From Blastocystis sp. Blastoise (Eukaryota; Protista; Bigyra: Opalinata), in contig JBBPEB010000033.1 of the NCBI GenBank assembly GCA_039096225.1, forward strand, positions 1,178,001-1,242,000: a DNA stretch of 64,000 nucleotides. The letters are read 5' to 3'. Shown here in pieces: positions 45,657 to 64,000 of this stretch. Positions within the stretch are counted from its first letter, which is position 1. Every line of letters starts with the position of its first letter. The position numbers and the translations under genes were made by a program. A model generated the notes under the pieces. The model saw only the letters and a list, made by a program, of their open reading frames with translations. It did not search any database and was not told the DNA's origin.

Positions 45657-46368
45657 TATATATATATATATATACAGTAAGATCGAAGCAGGATCTATCA
45701 GCGATACCTACACATTCAGTCCAGCCGTAGGATAACTTGATTTCAGCATCCCAACAATCACTACTATAATGAGCCATCTCTATATATAATAATAATAATA
45801 TAAGTAACTATAATATATAATATAACTAACTATATATAATAATAATAATAATAACTATATATAATAATAATAATAACTAACTATAATATATAATAATATA
45901 ACTAATTATAATATATATACCAGTTTCAAGATGTTGTCTGAAACGAAGTCTGGTGTTATCAATACCAACAGTAGTTAAGAATTGATATACTCTTCCTAAG
46001 AAATAAGCTAAAGTCTCATTATTAATAGTACCAGCATTTACAGCTTCTTCTACTATATATATATTATTATTATTACTAATATAGGTCAATAATATCATAT
46101 ATATTAATTTATACTTAAACAAAAAAAAAACTACATATATTTATAATAATAATAATATATACAAGTAGGATTAATAATTTTTCCATCTCCTTTTTGATGT
46201 TCTCTAGGGAATAGAGGAACATGTAAATCTTTAAGATTTTTAAATTTAGGATGACTCTTATCTTTAGGATTACAGAAATGTTCTATTTCCGCCATAGGGA
46301 ATTCACGGACACGAAGTAAACCAGCACGAGGAGAAATCTCATTACGGAATCCAGTACCTACCTATAGA

Positions 46369-46467
<99 letters not shown>

Positions 46468-47665
46468 CTTGAGCAGCAGCGAAAGGGAATTTATGGTTAT
46501 TATAATCCAATAAACGTTTAAAGTTGACGAACATACCTTGAGCAGTTTCAGGACGAAGGAAACCCTATATAAACATATTTAATAAACATATTTAATAATA
46601 AACATAATAATAAACATAATAATAATAATAAATAATAAACATAATAATAACCGTATATACTTGATTATTTCCTTCAGGACCAATGTTAGTAGCGAACATA
46701 AGATTAAAAGGATAAGGTTTAGTAAGATCATTTCCAGTAATAGTAGCCTTAATATCATATTTAGCAAATAATTCTTCTAATTCTTCAGGAGAATAAGAAT
46801 CAGCTTGAATACTATAATATATATGTAGATATATAATAATAATAATAATAATATATTAAATGTAATAAATATAATAAATATCATAATACATACCGTATTC
46901 TATCTAATTCTTGTCTTTGTTCTTCAGTAAGAGTGATATCTTCTAAGAGTTCATCTATCTTAGCTTCTAATAACTTGTACACACATAGATTAAAGAAACA
47001 TATATATATATATAATAAAACAATAAAATAAAATAAAATAAATAAAATAGAATAAAATATAATCATAATAAGGATATATCAGCTCTGTAACAATCACCAG
47101 TTTTAACATCTTTAACCATTAAATCAGTAAATTTATCAACATGACCTGAAGTCTTAAGAACACAATAAGGAGTTAAGTTAGTACATTCAAGTTCAAGCAT
47201 TTCTTCTTCTAAAATGAAATGTCTCTTCCAGAGGTTAATGAAATTAGCCTTTAAAGCACAACCAGCAGGACCAAAATCATAAAGACCAGCAATACCTCCA
47301 TATATTTCAAAGGAAGGAACAACAAACATTCTACTAAGAGTAAGTTTATCAAAAGCAGCACGATCAAAAGTATCTTTCTCTTCATATTTCTTAACAGCTT
47401 CTTCTAATTCTTTCTTTAAATGTTGAAGAGTCTCAATAGCAGCAACAAGATCATTTTGTCCAGCATTATCTTTCTTAAGTTGTCTTACAACAGCTCCTTG
47501 TTGTACAACCTTAGCACGAAGAGCATCAACGTCTATAGTGGGTTCCATCTTCTTAGTTTTCTTACTGAATTGCCTTAAAGGAATAGTAGACTGTAAAGTA
47601 GTCTTATTTAAATTTAAAACAGTAAATGCGGTCTTTAAAAAACCTTTATTTATTAGTTTTTGCAT
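44474..47665 (-). CDS. GARS1: Glycyl-tRNA synthetase, eukaryotic type, with WHEP domain and N-terminal mitochondrial extension; multi-exon
   Basis: [17 protein letters not shown]; [81 protein letters not shown]; stop at 44474-44476. Confidence 0.97.
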
Positions 47666-48359
47666 TGAAAGAAAGAAAGAAAAAACAACTACAAAACAAA
47701 ATATCGAAAAACCATGATTCTCAACGCCATTTCTGCATGAAATTCATTATTTCTCGTGTTTCTCGGCTCATCCTTTTGAATGGTCACAAACTTGTTTTTT
47801 ATTCATTAATAAAATTCTTTTTATAGGGGAAACTCACCCTATTTTATTTTTGAAGAACAATGACACACTTCCTTATGAACAACGTTTTGAAGACAGTTTC
47901 TTCTTTTAATAATCTTCAATATGTTTTTATTCATTACTCTATTGGATGAATATTTATAATTACAATATAGATATGTGTTTCTTATTGAGAGTATCGGCCA
48001 ACATCACGAAGGTTATCGGCAACAATCAAGGGAATCAGCCATTGTATGAAAGAATTCTGCTTTTTTCATTTTATTGATCCAGAAATTTTATTTAGTGATT
48101 ATTCATAAATTTCTTCAGCATAGAAATATAAATAGAAACTTGATAATAAAAGTAAAATTAATAAATGAAAAATTGATGACCTATAAAATAATGTGGCCAA
48201 AAAACACCAAGTTCCACGATTCATTACGTTACTTTTCAGGCTTCAAAACAATGGTTTTCTTTGAATGATTTCCGTGAAAAAGTCAATGAAGAAAGACACT
48301 TTTTTTGTTTTTGCCTTTCATCTATTTCTTTATCGTTTTCATACATTTAGAGAATTATT

Positions 48360-49089
48360 ATGTCTACTATATTACAAGTAAAGAGAGTTCCTAATTCTGG
48401 TATATATAAATATGTATTTATATTATTCTTTGTATACATTAGTTTTCAAAAGTGCTACTGTAGATCAAGAAGGAAAGGAAGATGATCTTAATTATGATCT
48501 TGGAAATCTTGCTGCTTTCGATACACATGCATTAAATACAGAAGTATTTATTTTTACACACAATTTCTTCTTGAAACAGTTTTAATTTTATGAAATTCAT
48601 ATTTTTGTAAGTATAGGAATTGAAGAAGAATAAGGAAGAATATCTTCAAAGTGTTAGTAGAGATAATATTCAATTATTATTCAATAAATTATTCCAATTA
48701 CCTACTGAAGTCACTGAAGTTGGCCCAGTTGCTAATCTTCCTGAATGTACTTCTCAAATACCAAGAGAGAAACCTATTCCTGTTATTAAAGAAACCAAAT
48801 GGGATAAATTCGCTCGTGAAAAAGGTATTAAACAAAGAAAACATAATCGTATGGAATTCGATGAACAAACAAAAGAATGGAAACCTATTTGGGGTTATGG
48901 GGTATATATAGTGATTTATTATTATTTATTTATTTTATTTTTTATTTATTATTATTTTATTTTTATTTATTTATTTTATTTTATTTATTATTTATTTATT
49001 TTATAATATTTTTCATATATTTAAAATACATTAATGTTTAGAAAGCTAAAAAAGGAATGCAAGATGATAAATGGGTTTCAGAAGATTAA
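48360..49089 (+). CDS. RRS1: Ribosome biogenesis regulatory protein RRS1, short form; 4 exons
   Basis: DLGNLAAFD, SRDNIQLLFNKLFQLP, PREKPIP...TKWDKFAREKGI, WKPIWGY; stop at 49087-49089. Confidence 0.9.
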
Positions 49090-49427
49090 TAATAAGGTCA
49101 TTTTAAAAAGAATTTATTTTTGTTTCTCTTGTTTTATGTGTTTAGATATATGTATGTCATCAATTGGTTTGTTTCTATTATTGTAGAAATATTTATATAT
49201 TGATATTGATTTTATTTATAAAATAAACTAATAAGAGAATAAAATGGAAGTATTTATATTAAAGAGTATGAGAAGGAAATTGAATTGGATACAAAGAAAT
49301 TTTAATTTTCAACGAAAACGAAATATATATAAAAATAAATCATTTTAGAATAAATAAAAAACTAAAATGTTATAATGATATTATAATTAATATATATATA
49401 TATAGCTTAAAGAAATCATTTGAATCT

Positions 49428-53036
<3,609 letters not shown>

Positions 53037-53590
53037 TTTTTTCTGTATATATGTTAAAAAATGTATAAGAACAAGAATTAAAAAGTAAAAATAGCTCTAT
53101 AGTTAATTTAACATACATTTTTGAGCTGTGAAACAGAAACAGATTCCTGTATGAATTGTTTTTATAATCATTGTTATTGTTTTTCCTGAGAATGATTGGT
53201 TTTATGATTATCATGATTTATAACGGTTAAAAATGATAATTATTTTTGATTACATAAATTCTTTAAAATTTTTGAAAAAAATGTTTTGCCATCCAAAGAC
53301 AGAAAACGGACATCCAAGGAAATGTTTCTGTTCATGAAAAGATCCCCATAAATATCTGTATTTGTGGAGATTGCGAGACTTTCTGAATAGGGAGAAGTTT
53401 TTTAATTTTATTTGTAAAAGAAGATAGACGATGAGAAATAGAGCTATTTTAAATAACAAAAGAAATCGATCTTTAAGAATTATATTTTTATTATATTCAA
53501 CAAATTAATATTGTATACTTTATATATACTTCTTATAAAAAGCATAAATAGAAAGATAAAGAAGAGTGTGACAAGTGGATTAGATACAAA

Positions 53591-62838
<9,248 letters not shown>

Positions 62839-63703
62839 GTTTTAATTTATATAATAAATATTGAAAAGAAAAAAAAAATAAAATTTAATAATAAAGAAAA
62901 AACATTGATTATTGTATCATATTAAAATATATTAAATAGTTTTAAATAATAATAAATATTTTATTATTATTATTATTATATACATATTCTATATAAATAA
63001 GAATAAATATAGTTGTTAAAAGTTAATTTAAATAAAAAAGAAATTATTGTTTTATTATTTTTTTCTTAATATTATAAACAATATTAAAAAAAGAATTATT
63101 ATTTATTTATAAAAAAAGAGAAAAAAGAATTAAAAAGAAAAACAAATAAACAATTAAAATAATCATGGAAATAAAACAGATGACGATATCTATTGACGTT
63201 TCATTTCTCATTTCTTATTTGATACTTTTCTTCTTCTTCTTTTTGTTTTTGTTTTATAGATTAATAATATTTTATTTATAATAAATTAAAAATAATAATA
63301 AATTAAAAATACTAATAAATTAAATAATATAAAAAATAAAAGAATATACTTTCAATAAATAATCAATTACAAGAATAAAATACATTTAAATAGAATAATA
63401 GAATAATATAAGAATGATGACGAATATGGTTTCATAAATAAGAATGAGATAAAAAACACAAAAGACAAAAGACAAAAGAAAAATAAATTTCTAAAAATTT
63501 CTCGTTTATACGTTTCAAAAAGATCTTTTGAAATATGTAAAATTAGACGAGAAAAGAAGAGAATAACCAAAAAAGAAAGAGAAATGAAATCTTAATATAT
63601 ATATTATTTAAAAATAATAAAATAATGAATAGCTTGTTGATTTTAAGTTTATTAATATTTTTAATAAGAATAGGTATATATAATAAATGAATAAAATAAT
63701 AGA

Positions 63704-63916
63704 AATAGAGAGTCTTTCTTGTGAATCTCCTTATTTTGAGATAAATATTCGTAAAATATTTACGTATAAGTATCAAGAAGAATCGTTTGAGTTATATTTG
63801 GGTGATGAATCAACAGGTAAGTTGTTAGTGAAATGTCAAGGTGATATGAAAGGTGAAACTCAGTTATTTAGTATATGTGGTGAAGAAGGTGAATATACAA
63901 TAGTGATGCATGATTC
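63704..63916 (+). CDS. Exon of an unidentified gene that continues past the window end
   Basis: Open exon IESLSCESPYFEINIRKIFTYKYQEESFELYLGDESTGKLLVKCQGDMKGETQLFSICGEEGEYTIVMHDS followed by a GTATTT donor; start not resolved. Confidence 0.45.
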
Positions 63917-64000
63917 GTATTTATTATATTTTAATTTATTTTATTATGTTTATTATGTTTATTTATTTATTTTATTTTATTATGTTTATTTATTTATTTA

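Overview
Very AT-rich, gene-dense eukaryotic DNA with many GT-AG introns (donor GTATAT, acceptor TATAG), often expanded by (TA)n/(AAT)n microsatellites. Most short ORFs in the supplied track are artefacts of these repeats. Gene content and intron style suggest an anaerobic stramenopile such as an AT-rich Blastocystis lineage (inference only). Host genes I could reconstruct by hand: SerRS (partial), a J-like/membrane protein, a Zn-ribbon Pro/Tyr-rich protein, a GT49 glycosyltransferase, an inositol polyphosphate kinase, a PH-RCC1-TBC protein, an HSP20-like protein, TMEM170-like, a NagD-type HAD-IIA hydrolase, NDUFS4, YciI-like, RNase Z, GlyRS, RRS1, a PurD-glucuronokinase fusion and TOR. The main findings are three. 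(1) A 16.1-kb hAT (Buster/Charlie-like) transposon at 4883-20981 with a perfect 8-bp TSD and an apparently intact transposase. It carries a probable decayed LINE, a pseudogenised intron-containing mosaic of captured host genes (two UTP20 pieces split by an unidentified gene) and two tandem tRNA-derived Pol III-like units. (2) An in-frame spliced PurD-glucuronokinase fusion. (3) A strong excess of the CpG palindrome CCGCGG and its variants CCACGG/CCGTGG in exons, written with otherwise rare synonymous codons. All coordinates, splicing and counts were done by eye.
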